Origin: Pseudomonadota bacterium
GTDB lineage: Bacteria; Pseudomonadota; Alphaproteobacteria; Sphingomonadales; Sphingomonadaceae
NCBI GenBank assembly: GCA_046731515.1
Contig: JBKPLG010000060.1
Coordinates: forward strand, 5,447-69,446
Length of the DNA: 64,000 nucleotides
Reading direction: 5' to 3'
The notes under the pieces were generated by a model that had not been told where the DNA came from, searched no databases, and saw only the letters and a program-made list of their open reading frames with translations. Each line of letters begins with the position of its first letter. The stretch's first letter is position 1. Below are positions 41,905-52,359 of the stretch, one piece after another. The translations under genes and the position numbers were made by a program.

Positions 41905-43557
41905 TTAGCTGGTGCGGCGGAACTGCCAGCCGATTTCACCACCCAATGCCGAAACTTCCCCGACAACCGCAAGCTGGGTCGTGCGTTGCGGATGTCCGAG
42001 GCCGTCGATCCACACGCTCTCTTCTGTTGTCAGTCCCCCGCCGCGACAACGAAAGTTCCATGGCGGTGCGCCACGCGAGCGGAGGATGGCCCCCAGGCCG
42101 TCGGCGGTGATCGTCACTTCGACTCCTGGCGCCAAATGGAAGCGTACCGCGTAGGGCGCCGATTCGCGGATCTTCTTGCGCCCCTTGGCAATGAGCTGAT
42201 CAGCGCCGCGCAGCTCCTTTCCGTCATTGCCGAGCATCAGGCTCCGCTTGTGGATTAAGCCGAAGGCGCGAACGTAGCCGTCGTGACTGGATTCAAGGCG
42301 GCTCGCGTCATTGTCTTCGCTACGGTCGATGGTCGTTTCTTCGACCCCTTTGCCGAGGGATCCGTCGGCGAGAATGTTCGTCGAATTAGTGTCGGCGAGC
42401 ACCAGCGTGCTGTGCGCTGCGGTCGTTCGCAAGCCCTGGACGAACCCGTCGGACAAATCCGTCGGAAACGGTCCAGGCCCGCCGCAATTGACCACCACAC
42501 GCTGTGCGCCATCCGAAAGTTCGAAGGCAAGCGTAGAGGCCGAACCGTGGGCAGAGATTTTCTGCGGCGGCGGTGGCGCGGCGTCGAGGACGAGGATCGT
42601 GCCAAGAGCGGAGAGGCGGTGATAGCCCCAGCCGCGTGCCTGCCGCAGGGGACGAGCGCGCAGGCCGCAACCTTCGATCAATGCAGCGAGGCGCGACGCT
42701 TCGCTCGGATTGCAGCCCTGCCAGCTCGACAAAGCGCCGTCGCCCATCGTAACCCCATGAAGTGCGGCAAGCGACGCTGCTGCAGCAGCTTCCAGACTGT
42801 CGGGTATTGTCTGCTTCGCCGCGTGGTAGCAGGCGCGGAGCAGGCCGAAGCGATCTACCAGGAGCGCCTGTTCGAACGGCGAGCGGCTAACCAATCCTCC
42901 GTCGTCGAATTGGGCGGATGCGAGCGCCCGAGAGAGGCCGGCTTCGCCCCGAGCGACTCGTGAGACACCTCCCTGGACCAGCAATCCTGCCGCGATCACA
43001 CCGCACCAGGCGGTAATCCGGTCCAGTCCCGGAGTGGCCTTTTCGGCATATGCGTCGATGTGACGCGCGCCGCGGGCTAAAGTGTTGAGCAAAGCCGAAC
43101 GGTAGCCGCCGTCGGTGCTCGACAGGATGTACGGCGCATAGGCCGTCCAGAAGAGGATCCGCTCGCCCCACAGCTGGGGGATCCAGGCTTCGTCGACCCG
43201 AGTACCATGCGCGAGGAGCCAGCGCCCGACGACGGCTTCTGCCAGTCGCGCGCCATTCTCGCGCGATGCGGCCGCGGCGAGATCCCGCAGCCACGAAAAA
43301 CCTTGCAGCGTTTCTGCGAGAGGACTCGTCGCGCCGATCTCAACGAAGTCGAGGTCGGCAAACGAAACGGTCTCGCTGCCGACAGTAAATCGGCCAGTGA
43401 GAAGCGCATCACCGCGCTGGCGATCCCCTTGCACATGATCGCGAGGGACCGCGACCAGCTTCAGCGGCTGCTTCGAGCGCTTGAGCCGTGACAGGAGCGA
43501 ACCCCGCGCGAGCTTGCGAACGACCGCGCGCTCGGCAGCCGAGCCTTCCGCATTCAT
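41905..43557 (-). CDS. Heparinase II/III-like family protein
   Basis: [41 protein letters not shown]. Confidence 0.8.
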   Translation of the reverse strand: MNAEGSAAERAVVRKLARGSLLSRLKRSKQPLKLVAVPRDHVQGDRQRGDALLTGRFTVGSETVSFADLDFVEIGATSPLAETLQGFSWLRDLAAAASRENGARLAEAVVGRWLLAHGTRVDEAWIPQLWGERILFWTAYAPYILSSTDGGYRSALLNTLARGARHIDAYAEKATPGLDRITAWCGVIAAGLLVQGGVSRVARGEAGLSRALASAQFDDGGLVSRSPFEQALLVDRFGLLRACYHAAKQTIPDSLEAAAAASLAALHGVTMGDGALSSWQGCNPSEASRLAALIEGCGLRARPLRQARGWGYHRLSALGTILVLDAAPPPPQKISAHGSASTLAFELSDGAQRVVVNCGGPGPFPTDLSDGFVQGLRTTAAHSTLVLADTNSTNILADGSLGKGVEETTIDRSEDNDASRLESSHDGYVRAFGLIHKRSLMLGNDGKELRGADQLIAKGRKKIRESAPYAVRFHLAPGVEVTITADGLGAILRSRGAPPWNFRCRGGGLTTEESVWIDGLGHPQRTTQLAVVGEVSALGGEIGWQFRRTS

Positions 43558-44210
43558 CCCCTAAGCGCCTCAATGTTGGCCGCATAAGCGCCCGGACCGC
43601 CACGGAACACGGCGGTGCCGGCTACGAGTATATTGGCGCCGGCACTGACAGCTTGCGGCGCAGTTTCAGGGTCGACCCCGCCGTCGACCTCCAAGCGGAT
43701 GTCCAGGTTTTCCTTCGCTATGCGATTGGCGATCGCCTCGATCTTCTTAAGCTGGCTCGTTATGAACTTCTGTCCGCCGAAGCCCGGATTGACGCTCATT
43801 ACCAGGACGAGGTCGAGCTCTTCGAGAACATAGTCGAGCATCTTGGCCGGTGTCGCCGGATTGAGCGACACACCGGCCTTCTTGTCGAGCGCCTTAATGC
43901 GCTGGATCGTGCGGTGCAGGTGCGGCCCGGCTTCAGGATGGACGGTTATGATATCCGCACCGGCATCCGCGAAGGCGTCGAGGAATGGGTCGACCGGTGA
44001 AATCATCAGATGGACATCGAACGGTTTCGCGGTGTGCGGGCGCAGCGCCTTCACCACAGCTGGACCAATCGTGATGTTCGGCACGAAATGTCCGTCCATC
44101 ACGTCGACGTGGATCCAGTCCGCGCCGGCTTCATCGATCGCGCGCACTTCCTCGCCGAGTTTCGCGAAGTCGGCAGACAAGATGGAAGGGGCGATTAACG
44201 GACCGGCCAT
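43554..44210 (-). CDS. rpe: Ribulose-phosphate 3-epimerase
   Basis: [35 protein letters not shown]. Confidence 0.98.
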   Translation of the reverse strand: MAGPLIAPSILSADFAKLGEEVRAIDEAGADWIHVDVMDGHFVPNITIGPAVVKALRPHTAKPFDVHLMISPVDPFLDAFADAGADIITVHPEAGPHLHRTIQRIKALDKKAGVSLNPATPAKMLDYVLEELDLVLVMSVNPGFGGQKFITSQLKKIEAIANRIAKENLDIRLEVDGGVDPETAPQAVSAGANILVAGTAVFRGGPGAYAANIEALRG

Positions 44211-44228
44211 GGGTCCGATTAGACGGGA

Positions 44229-45491
44229 TTAGCCGGATCGGACAAGGCGGGCCATGAAGAAGCCGTCTAGCCCTCCTTGCTCATCGAGCAAGCCGGGAAG
44301 GATCCGTACCCAGCCTTCAGGCGCGGAAGGGAGCCAATCGGCGATTCCGTCGGGTTGCTGAACATGGAAAGCACGGTTGGTTTCGAGGAACGCGCGGACG
44401 GCTTGCTCGCCTTCTTCCGGTTCCAGCGAACAGACGGAATAGACCAGAGCGCCGCCGGGCCGCAGCCATTCGCTCGCTCGAATGAGCAACTCGAGCTGCG
44501 CGACCGCAGCCTCCCGAACAAACGAGGGCCGTACCCGGTATAGGACTTCGGGATGACGCCTGAATGTTCCGGTGGCTGAACAGGGTGCGTCGATGAGCAC
44601 CGCGTCGAAGTGGCGTTGCGGCTGCCATTTGAACACATCCGCCACTTCGAAAGTCGCTTCGAGGTTCGTTCGACGGAGATTCTCGGCCAGTCGCGCGAGG
44701 CGATTTTCCGATCGGTCGAGCGCAAGCACTCGATGCCCGCCCGCCGCTAGCTGCATGGTCTTGCCCCCCGGGGCAGCGCATGCGTCGAGGACATCGCCGG
44801 CGTCCGGCGGGATCAGTCGTGCCGGCAGGGAAGCCGAAAGATCCTGTATCCACCACCGGCCCGCGCCGAAGCCAGGAAGATTCGAAACGGGGCTGCTCTT
44901 CAGGCGAACATGGTGGGGCGCCAGCGAAATCCCGCCGTGTTGCCTCGCATATCTTTGTGCATCGGCGGCCTCGGCAAAGCTAAGGTCGAGCGGCGGGCGA
45001 TTGACAATTTGACGTCGTGCCGCCGCGATTGTCTCATCGCCCCAAGCCCTCCCCCAGCGTTGTTCGACCTCGGCAGGAAGCGGCGGTGCTACGCTCGCAA
45101 CGAGCGGCCTCCGGAGCAAAGTACCGAGGACGCCGTGAACCAGCCGTCGCGGTCCGCCGTCAACGAGCGGCAAAGCTGTCGCCACGACCGCATGATCGGG
45201 CACGTTCATCGTGAGCCGTTGGGCAAGCGCAAGACGCAGCACCATGCGCGCCTTGCTGTCATCTGGAATCCGCTGGAGGGTCGTGCTGTCGATCAATGCG
45301 TCCAGCTCGGGAATTCGCCGAAGAGTTTCGCCGACGATGGCTTGCGTGAGAGCCTGATCACCCGGTGCGAGATTCTTCGCCGCCGCCCAAGCAGAATCCA
45401 CTGTTTGTCCGCTGCGGAGGACACGATCCAGGATTCGGAGGGCGGCACGCCTGGGCTGGAGGCCTTCGGCACTTGGCGTGGACGACGTCAT
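44229..45491 (-). CDS. rsmB: RsmB/NOP family m5C RNA methyltransferase
   Basis: DACAAPGGKT, DAPCSATG, YSVCS, DGFF. Confidence 0.9.
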   Translation of the reverse strand: MTSSTPSAEGLQPRRAALRILDRVLRSGQTVDSAWAAAKNLAPGDQALTQAIVGETLRRIPELDALIDSTTLQRIPDDSKARMVLRLALAQRLTMNVPDHAVVATALPLVDGGPRRLVHGVLGTLLRRPLVASVAPPLPAEVEQRWGRAWGDETIAAARRQIVNRPPLDLSFAEAADAQRYARQHGGISLAPHHVRLKSSPVSNLPGFGAGRWWIQDLSASLPARLIPPDAGDVLDACAAPGGKTMQLAAGGHRVLALDRSENRLARLAENLRRTNLEATFEVADVFKWQPQRHFDAVLIDAPCSATGTFRRHPEVLYRVRPSFVREAAVAQLELLIRASEWLRPGGALVYSVCSLEPEEGEQAVRAFLETNRAFHVQQPDGIADWLPSAPEGWVRILPGLLDEQGGLDGFFMARLVRSG

Positions 45492-45508
45492 CGCCCATCT
45501 CGCAAGCC

Positions 45509-45676
45509 ATGAAGCGGCCCAAGCACCTCGACCCGCCTGCGCATCTTAGCTCGTCCCCTCCAATTCCCAAACCGGAGTCGGTGAAGCCAGAAGCGCCGCC
45601 TGTTGGCGAGGAGCAGCGGCTCGATCCCACCCGATATGGCGACTGGGAAAAGAAGGGCGTCGCGGTCGATTTTTAG
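45509..45676 (+). CDS. DUF1674 family protein
   Basis: DPTRYGDWEKKG...DF. Confidence 0.88.
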   Translation: MKRPKHLDPPAHLSSSPPIPKPESVKPEAPPVGEEQRLDPTRYGDWEKKGVAVDF

Positions 45677-46662
45677 ACGACCTCCGGCCGCGGCGGTCGC
45701 GCCAGCAATTCGCCCAAAACCTGATCCACAGTCGCCCGGCCGGCGAGTAGCGCGTCGACTGCTTCCACCACCGGCATTTCAATGCCTCGCTCGCGAGCGA
45801 GGCGGGCGAGCACCGGCGCCGTAAACGCCCCTTCGGCGACTGTCCTCCGGTCGGCGAGCAACTCGCCAGTCGAGCGGCCCTGTCCAATTCCAAGCCCGAG
45901 CCCATAGTTGCGTGAGCTCGTTGAAGAACAGGTCAGCACCAGATCGCCAAGGCCGGAAAGGCCGGCCAAGGTTTCCCGGCGGGCGCCGCAATGAAGACCG
46001 AAGCGAGTCATTTCGGCAAAGCCGCGGCCGATCAGGGCCGCGCGCGCATTTTGACCCAGACCCTTCCCTTCGACCACTCCGCACGCGATTGCGAGCACGT
46101 TCTTGACGGCGCCGCCAATCTCAGCCCCCGCGACGTCATCAGATACGTAAATCCGAAAGGTGGGCTGGGCGATTCGGTCGCGCAGCCGTTCGGCAAGCGC
46201 CAGATCTTCCGCGGCAAGAGTGACTGCAGTCGGCAGCCCACCCGCGACTTCATGAGCGAAGGTCGGTCCCGACAGAACCGCAACCTGCGCACCTGGACAG
46301 GCCTCTCTCGCGACCTGGTGAAGGAAGTCGCCGCTCTTTTCCTCGATGCCCTTCGAACAAAGCACCATGGGGATGTCGCAGACGGGCGCCTTCTCGAGCA
46401 CCTCGCGCATGTGCTGGGCAGGTGTGACGACAAGCCAAGCGTCGCAAAGGCGAAGATCGTTGATGTCGCTTGTCGCGCGGATGGATTCATTCAGCGGGAT
46501 GCCGGGAAGGAACAGCGGATTCTCCCGGTCGTCGTTGATCGCTTGGACCACTTCCGGTTCGAACGCCCAGAGCAGAGCCTCGTGACCGCTGGCTGAAGCA
46601 ACCTGCGCTAGCGCAGTTCCCCATGCCCCTCCGCCAATGATTCCGACCTTGTCGAAGCTCAT
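45673..46662 (-). CDS. gpsA: NAD(P)H-dependent glycerol-3-phosphate dehydrogenase
   Basis: GGGAWGTALA, SGPTFA, KNV.AIA.G, GLGDLVLTC.S..SRN. Confidence 0.96.
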   Translation of the reverse strand: MSFDKVGIIGGGAWGTALAQVASASGHEALLWAFEPEVVQAINDDRENPLFLPGIPLNESIRATSDINDLRLCDAWLVVTPAQHMREVLEKAPVCDIPMVLCSKGIEEKSGDFLHQVAREACPGAQVAVLSGPTFAHEVAGGLPTAVTLAAEDLALAERLRDRIAQPTFRIYVSDDVAGAEIGGAVKNVLAIACGVVEGKGLGQNARAALIGRGFAEMTRFGLHCGARRETLAGLSGLGDLVLTCSSTSSRNYGLGLGIGQGRSTGELLADRRTVAEGAFTAPVLARLARERGIEMPVVEAVDALLAGRATVDQVLGELLARPPRPEVV

Positions 46663-47690
46663 GCCTTCACGCCTGCTCCCCGAACCCGCTCCGCCTCGGG
46701 ATCGAGCGGCCAGCGGGCCCTTGCCGGAGCATCGAGTGCATCACACAGGCCCGCCGCGAACCGCTCGGCACCGGCCCAGGCAATCATTGCCGCATTGTCG
46801 GTGCACAGCCAGGCAGGCGGAACTGTGAACCGACGGTCCTCCCGCGCGGCTAAATCCCCGAGCGCGTTGCGGATGGCCTGGTTGGCGGCGACCCCCCCGG
46901 CAACGACAAGTGCGGGAGCATCGCTTCTATGCAGAGCCGCCGCAGTCCGGTCGACCAGGCAATCGACTACCGCCTGCTGGAAGCTGGCGGCCATGTCTTC
47001 TTTGGAGTACTGGGCCGAGGCGACCGCGCGCTGGACCGCGCTCTTGAGGCCGGCGAAAGAAAAATGTGGCTCCCCCGAACCGACCAGCGGGCGCGGCAAG
47101 GGCACGGCTGCCGCGTCGCCCCGCTTACCAAGTTCCTCGATGGCAGGACCGCCGGGATAGCTGAGGCCGAGCAATTTGGCGGCTTTGTCAAAGGCTTCCC
47201 CCACCGCGTCGTCGATCGTCGTTGCCAGGCGCAGATAGTCCCCCACCCCGCGCACCTCCAGCAGCTGGCAATGCCCGCCGGAAACGAGCAGCAGCAAATA
47301 GGGAAAGCCGAGATCCGGATCGACAAGCCTCGGTGAGAGCGCATGGCCTTCGAGATGATTGACGGCGACGAGCGGCTTATCCGCCGCGAGCGCCAAGCCC
47401 TTCCCTGCGAGCAAGGCAACCATCACTCCGCCGATCAGCCCCGGGCCGGCGGTGGCTGCGATAGCATCCACCTCATGAATCGACAGCTTGGCGTCATCCA
47501 GGACCTTGCGGATCAGTTGGGGGAGGATCTCGACGTGAGCGCGCGCAGCGATCTCGGGCACAACTCCGCCATAGGGTTGATGAGCCTGCGTCTGACCGAT
47601 CACCGCCTGGCTGAGGATTCGCCGGTCCCCGGTCACAAGCGCAACCGCACTGTCGTCGCACGAGGACTCGAGGCCGAGGATCGTAGTCAT
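46659..47690 (-). CDS. tsaD: tRNA t6A threonylcarbamoyltransferase
   Basis: ESSCDD, GGVVPEIAARAH, HLEGH, SGGH, TDNAAMIA. Confidence 0.96.
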   Translation of the reverse strand: MTTILGLESSCDDSAVALVTGDRRILSQAVIGQTQAHQPYGGVVPEIAARAHVEILPQLIRKVLDDAKLSIHEVDAIAATAGPGLIGGVMVALLAGKGLALAADKPLVAVNHLEGHALSPRLVDPDLGFPYLLLLVSGGHCQLLEVRGVGDYLRLATTIDDAVGEAFDKAAKLLGLSYPGGPAIEELGKRGDAAAVPLPRPLVGSGEPHFSFAGLKSAVQRAVASAQYSKEDMAASFQQAVVDCLVDRTAAALHRSDAPALVVAGGVAANQAIRNALGDLAAREDRRFTVPPAWLCTDNAAMIAWAGAERFAAGLCDALDAPARARWPLDPEAERVRGAGVKA

Positions 47691-47740
47691 TTGGCTGCCG
47701 CCCTTTGCCTGAAGGCGCCGCGATGCACTAGGGGTGCGGC

Positions 47741-48655
47741 ATGCAGGGCTTAAAGCTAGGGACTCGCGGATCACCGCTAGCATTGGCGCAGGCGCGCAAG
47801 GTCGCTGCAGCGCTGGAAGCGGCGCAGCGGTGGCCGGAAGGCTATGTCGAGCTGGTCACAATCAAGACCACCGGCGACAAGATTCAGGATCGGCCGCTGA
47901 GCGAAATCGGCGGGAAAGGGCTGTGGACCAGGGAACTCGATCGGGCGCTGCTCGACGGCGAAGTCGATTTCTGCGTTCATTCGATGAAGGACGTCGAAAG
48001 CATTCGACCCGAGGAAATCCACATCGCCGCAGTACGTCCGCGCGGCGACGTGCGGGACCGGCTCATCGGTGTCGAATCGATCGAAAAGCTCAAGAAGGGT
48101 GCGGTGATCGGAACTTCCTCAAAGCGTCGTGCTGCCCAGCTCCTGCGCTTGAGGCCAGACCTCAAGATCGTGCCCATTCGCGGAAATGTCGAAACCCGAT
48201 TGAACAAGGTCGAGAGCGGCGAGATCGACGCAACACTTCTTGCCGCCGCGGGACTCAAACGGTTGGAGATCACCGTAGGTACCGCCATTCCGACGGAGAT
48301 CCTGCTTCCAGCACCCGGTCAGGCGGTGATCGGAATCGAGTGCCGGACCAACGACACGCGCACACAAAGCGTGCTCACCACGGTGAACAATCAAATCACC
48401 TACGACTGCGTCATGGCGGAGCGAGCCTTCACCCGAGCGCTCGGCGCAACCTGCGCCTCACCCGTCGCCGCCTTCTGCGTTCTCGAGGATGGGGATCTTA
48501 GAATGCGCGCCCAGATCTTCAGCGAGGATGGCAGAGACATGGTCGAGCAGCGCGCGGTCTTCGATTGCGATGAACATGAAGCGCCGGCCGCGCTCGCACG
48601 CGAGATGCTGGCTATCGCGCCCGAGTCGATCCGGAGGCTGTTCGCCGCCCAATGA
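47741..48655 (+). CDS. hemC: Hydroxymethylbilane synthase
   Basis: GTRGSPLALAQA, GGKGL, VHSMKD, RGNVETRL. Confidence 0.96.
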   Translation: MQGLKLGTRGSPLALAQARKVAAALEAAQRWPEGYVELVTIKTTGDKIQDRPLSEIGGKGLWTRELDRALLDGEVDFCVHSMKDVESIRPEEIHIAAVRPRGDVRDRLIGVESIEKLKKGAVIGTSSKRRAAQLLRLRPDLKIVPIRGNVETRLNKVESGEIDATLLAAAGLKRLEITVGTAIPTEILLPAPGQAVIGIECRTNDTRTQSVLTTVNNQITYDCVMAERAFTRALGATCASPVAAFCVLEDGDLRMRAQIFSEDGRDMVEQRAVFDCDEHEAPAALAREMLAIAPESIRRLFAAQ

Positions 48656-49317
48656 GGCGGGTTTTGGTCTTGCGCCCGGAGCCCGCCGCAACCGCCACCG
48701 TCGAGCGAGCGCACGAGATGGGGCTGGAGGCGACCGCGGTTCCGCTGTTCAAGACCGAGCCCGCTCCATGGATTGCGCCAGATGTACGCGGATTCGATGC
48801 TTTGCTCCTGACGAGCGCGAATGCCGCTTGGCACGGCGGGGAAGAGCTGCAGAAATTGCACGCTTTACCCGTTTATGCGGTGGGCGCGGCCACGGCGCAG
48901 GCGGCGCGCGACGGGGATTTCAAAATCGCGGCGAGCGGTAACGGAGGAGTCGACCGGCTGCTCGAATTCATCCCTCCAGGATTTAAGCTCCTGCATCTTT
49001 GCGGCGAGCATCGGAAAATGCCATCGGCGATGAGGCAGGAAATCACGCCCATCATTGTCTATCGCGCAATCGAAATTTCTGAGCCGGAGCTGGGCGATGC
49101 TTCCGGCTGTCTCGCGTTGATCCATTCGCCCCGCGCAGGCCGACGCTTCGCCGAGCTCATCGAGGATCGTGGCGACATCGCGATCGCCGCGATCAGCGCC
49201 GCCGCCGCAGAGGCGGTCGGCTCCGGTTGGGAAATTGTCGCGACGACGGACGAGCCGAGCGACGATGCGCTGCTGGCTCTCGCGGCGAGCCTGTGCAACA
49301 ACCCGTCGACAGAATGA
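48652..49317 (+). CDS. hemD: Uroporphyrinogen-III synthase
   Basis: LRPEP, TSANA, AVG.ATA, HSPRA; coupled to hemC. Confidence 0.9.
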   Translation: MRRVLVLRPEPAATATVERAHEMGLEATAVPLFKTEPAPWIAPDVRGFDALLLTSANAAWHGGEELQKLHALPVYAVGAATAQAARDGDFKIAASGNGGVDRLLEFIPPGFKLLHLCGEHRKMPSAMRQEITPIIVYRAIEISEPELGDASGCLALIHSPRAGRRFAELIEDRGDIAIAAISAAAAEAVGSGWEIVATTDEPSDDALLALAASLCNNPSTE

Positions 49318-50123
49318 ACGCGACGACTTCTCAGCAGGGCTTGACCTGGACCGCCAAACTGCTGATCGGCCTGATGCTGATCGTGACCGGAGCTGCCGCC
49401 GCAACCTGGGGACTTGCGCATTATCAGCCGGCCGCACGTTTGCTGGGGGTGGTTTCGCCACCACCGCCGATCACTCCCAGACCCGTCGCCATTACGCGGA
49501 TACCGCGAACGGCCGAGAGCCCCGCAGCTCAGCCTTCGCTGCCGGAAGCACAGCGCTTCGCCACACTCGAAACGCGGCTATCGCGTGTCGAGAATGCGAC
49601 CCAGCGCGCCGAGGGATCGGCAGGCCGGGCCGACGCTCTCGTCGTCGCCTTCGCTGCCCGCCGGGCGATCGATCGCGGGGTAGCGCTCGGGTATCTCGAG
49701 AACCTTCTCGTCGAACGCTTTGGCCCGCAACACCGGCAAGCCGTTGCGACGATCGTGACCGCATCGCATCAACCGGTGCGGCTTAACGATCTCATTGTGG
49801 AATATGACACGCTAGGGCCCGAACTTCGGCGCGGAGGACCGCAAACGAGCTGGTGGTCCAACTTCCAGCACGAGATCAGCTCGCTTGTTGAAGTCCGCCG
49901 CGCCGACCAGCCCAGCACCAATCCGGACGCGCGTTACAACCGCGCCATGCAGCGCCTCTCATCGGGTGACGTCGATCAAGCACTCGCCGAAACCATGCGC
50001 CTCCCGGGCGCGACAAACGCCGGAGATTGGGTGGCGAAGGCACGCCGCTACATCGCAGCGCACCGCGCCTTGGACGAGATCGAGTCCGCGGCGCTTCTGA
50101 CCGGGCCCAACCCCGTCCGCTGA
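49314..50123 (+). CDS. Inner-membrane protein, mitofilin/Mic60-like
   Basis: N-terminal TM, coiled coil, C-terminal L..GD...AL..M..LP....W...ARR; located directly after hemD. Confidence 0.6.
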   Translation: MNATTSQQGLTWTAKLLIGLMLIVTGAAAATWGLAHYQPAARLLGVVSPPPPITPRPVAITRIPRTAESPAAQPSLPEAQRFATLETRLSRVENATQRAEGSAGRADALVVAFAARRAIDRGVALGYLENLLVERFGPQHRQAVATIVTASHQPVRLNDLIVEYDTLGPELRRGGPQTSWWSNFQHEISSLVEVRRADQPSTNPDARYNRAMQRLSSGDVDQALAETMRLPGATNAGDWVAKARRYIAAHRALDEIESAALLTGPNPVR

Positions 50124-50250
50124 TCCGTTCAAATTAGGCTTGGCAAGCGACTCGCGGAATGCGATTCTCTGCCCGCGAAGCAAGCTGGGATTCAGCCCGC
50201 CCAAGCTAAGCATCTGTGATTCGGATCGAACTCGGGGGGAGTTTGAAGTC

Positions 50251-51360
50251 ATGAAGTCAGTCTGGAAGCGTTTGGGGTTGGGGCTGGTGATCGTCGCGAC
50301 CGCGCAGGTCAGCGCATCAGCCGCAAGCCAGCCAGGCGTCGGGCGGCCCATCCCGCATCCAGCGCCCCCGGTCCCGCACGCGGCCTCATACGTCCGTCCG
50401 GCGCCCGTTGCCCCGCAATACATACGGGATCGAGTCAACCAGCTCGGCCACGACTTCAACGGTCGCGTCGGGATTGCCGTCAGATCGGTCGACGATGGCT
50501 GGAGCACCGGGTGGAAAGCCGACGACCTCTATCCGCAGCAGAGCGTCAGCAAGTTGTGGGTATCCATTACCGCTCTCGATGACGTCGACAAAGGACGGGT
50601 CCGGCTCAACGACAGAGTCACGCTCACCAGGTCCGACCTCACCTTGTTCCATCAGCCGATAGCATCCAAGATCCTCGGCGGGGGCTACACGACCACGCTC
50701 GACGAGCTGATGTTCAAGGCGATCACCACCAGCGACAACACTTGCAACGACAAGCTGATGCGATCGGTCGGCGGGCCCGACGCCGTGCGCCACATGATCG
50801 ACAGCAAGCAGCTTGGCGCGATCCGTTTCTATAACGGCGAGCGGGCGCTGCAGAGCAAAATCGCCGGCCTCATCTGGAGTCCGAGCTACTCGGTCGGCAA
50901 TGCTTTCTACCAGGCCCGAAACGCGCTCCCGAAATCGGTGCGCCAGGCCGCCTTCAACCGCTATGTCGATGACCCGTATGACGGCGCCGCTCCGAGCGCG
51001 ATCGTCAATGCCCTGGCGCGGCTCAAGCGAGGGGAGCTCCTTTCGCCTTCCTCGACGCAGCGGCTGCTGTGGATCATGGGCAATACGAAGACGGGGGCCA
51101 ACCGTTTGAAAGGCGGCCTCCAGCCCGGATGGAGCCTCAGCCACAAGACGGGCACGGGCCAGGTCCTTGGGCCTTATCAGGCGGGATACAATGATATCGG
51201 CATCCTGACTGCGCCGGACGGCCGGAGCTATTCCGTCGCGGTGATGATCAAGAAGACGGCCGTGCCCTTGCCGACGCGCATGACGCTAATGAACAATGTC
51301 GTCCGCGCGGTAATCGCGCAGCATGAGATGCTCCGCGGCACGCCCTACGCCCAGCAGTGA
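50251..51360 (+). CDS. Class A beta-lactamase-like serine hydrolase
   Basis: Signal peptide; SVSK (SxxK), SDN, HKTG, NDIG. Confidence 0.85.
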   Translation: MKSVWKRLGLGLVIVATAQVSASAASQPGVGRPIPHPAPPVPHAASYVRPAPVAPQYIRDRVNQLGHDFNGRVGIAVRSVDDGWSTGWKADDLYPQQSVSKLWVSITALDDVDKGRVRLNDRVTLTRSDLTLFHQPIASKILGGGYTTTLDELMFKAITTSDNTCNDKLMRSVGGPDAVRHMIDSKQLGAIRFYNGERALQSKIAGLIWSPSYSVGNAFYQARNALPKSVRQAAFNRYVDDPYDGAAPSAIVNALARLKRGELLSPSSTQRLLWIMGNTKTGANRLKGGLQPGWSLSHKTGTGQVLGPYQAGYNDIGILTAPDGRSYSVAVMIKKTAVPLPTRMTLMNNVVRAVIAQHEMLRGTPYAQQ

Positions 51361-51361
51361 G

Positions 51362-51979
51362 ATGAATCCGGCGGCGAAGCTGGCCGCAACGCCGGGCGTT
51401 CAGCGCGTGCCGACGCGCGAGCTCGAGCTGTTCATCCTCCGGAGTTTTCTCGATGCGGGCGCCTGCGCGGCGCTCATCGAACGGATCGATGCGCAACGGC
51501 GGCCTTCGAAAATCGCAGACGACGTCGGGATTGCCAACTTCCGGACGAGCGAGACGTGCGACCTCGATTTTGCCGATCCGGTCGTGGCTGAGGTCGACCG
51601 GAAGATCGCCAATCTGCTCGGCCTTTCGCTCTCATCAAGCGAGCCGCTGCAGGGACAGCGCTATGCACCGGGGCAGGAGTTCAAGCCGCACACCGATACG
51701 TTCGAGCCCGGCGGCTACGATTTCTATGTGCACACCGCTGACACCGGCCAGCGCACGTGGACGGCGATGATCTATTTGAACGAGCCGGAAGACGGCGGGG
51801 CGACGCGGTTCAAGACGATCGGCAAGACGATCCAGCCCGAGGCCGGCAAGCTCCTTACCTGGAACAACCTGCTGCCCGATGGTCGGCCAAACCCCGCCAC
51901 GCTGCATCAGGGAATGAAGGTTCGGCGCGGCACCAAATATGTGCTGACCAAATGGTTTCGCGAGCGCTCAGGCGATTAG
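51362..51979 (+). CDS. Prolyl 4-hydroxylase-like 2OG-Fe(II) oxygenase
   Basis: RTS, E.LQ..RY..GQEF.PHTD, IYLN....GG.T.F, H.G..V..GTKY..TKW. Confidence 0.88.
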   Translation: MNPAAKLAATPGVQRVPTRELELFILRSFLDAGACAALIERIDAQRRPSKIADDVGIANFRTSETCDLDFADPVVAEVDRKIANLLGLSLSSSEPLQGQRYAPGQEFKPHTDTFEPGGYDFYVHTADTGQRTWTAMIYLNEPEDGGATRFKTIGKTIQPEAGKLLTWNNLLPDGRPNPATLHQGMKVRRGTKYVLTKWFRERSGD

Positions 51980-51992
51980 CGGCATTTGGCTG

Positions 51993-52271
51993 TTACTTAG
52001 GACGATAACCCGTGACACGCTCCGCCTCTTCAGGCGGCCATCCGGCGGCGAGGGCGGGTCCATACGTCATCATCCGGCACAGTTCGGGGCTCCCGAGTTT
52101 GTCGCGAATACATTTTCGGACGTGCCCTTCGATCTTGTCGCGATATTCGCGAAATTCAGCATCGGACAGTGGTTTTGGCGTCTGCCTGGGTTCGGCGGAC
52201 GCTGAACCGGCCAGACCCCCGGCCAGGGAGGCGACGAAAACCGAGCTGAAGACCTGACGCGCATTCACCAT
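51993..52271 (-). CDS. Small secreted hypothetical protein
   Basis: Signal peptide ending ASA and two Cys; no family recognised. Confidence 0.5.
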   Translation of the reverse strand: MVNARQVFSSVFVASLAGGLAGSASAEPRQTPKPLSDAEFREYRDKIEGHVRKCIRDKLGSPELCRMMTYGPALAAGWPPEEAERVTGYRPK

Positions 52272-52359
52272 CCGGAATGTTCCCGTTGACCGACAAAAGG
52301 GCGATAGCCGCGCGAAGTGATCTTCGCTGCTCAGGATTTAAGGTTCCGCGTGGCTCGGC

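Noticed and set aside
41905-43557. Heparinase II/III-like gene as a partner of the sulfation locus
   Set aside because: It is about 26 kb away inside the rsmB-rpe-purH housekeeping run, an arrangement I recall as common in Alphaproteobacteria. Nothing in the sequence links it to the locus.
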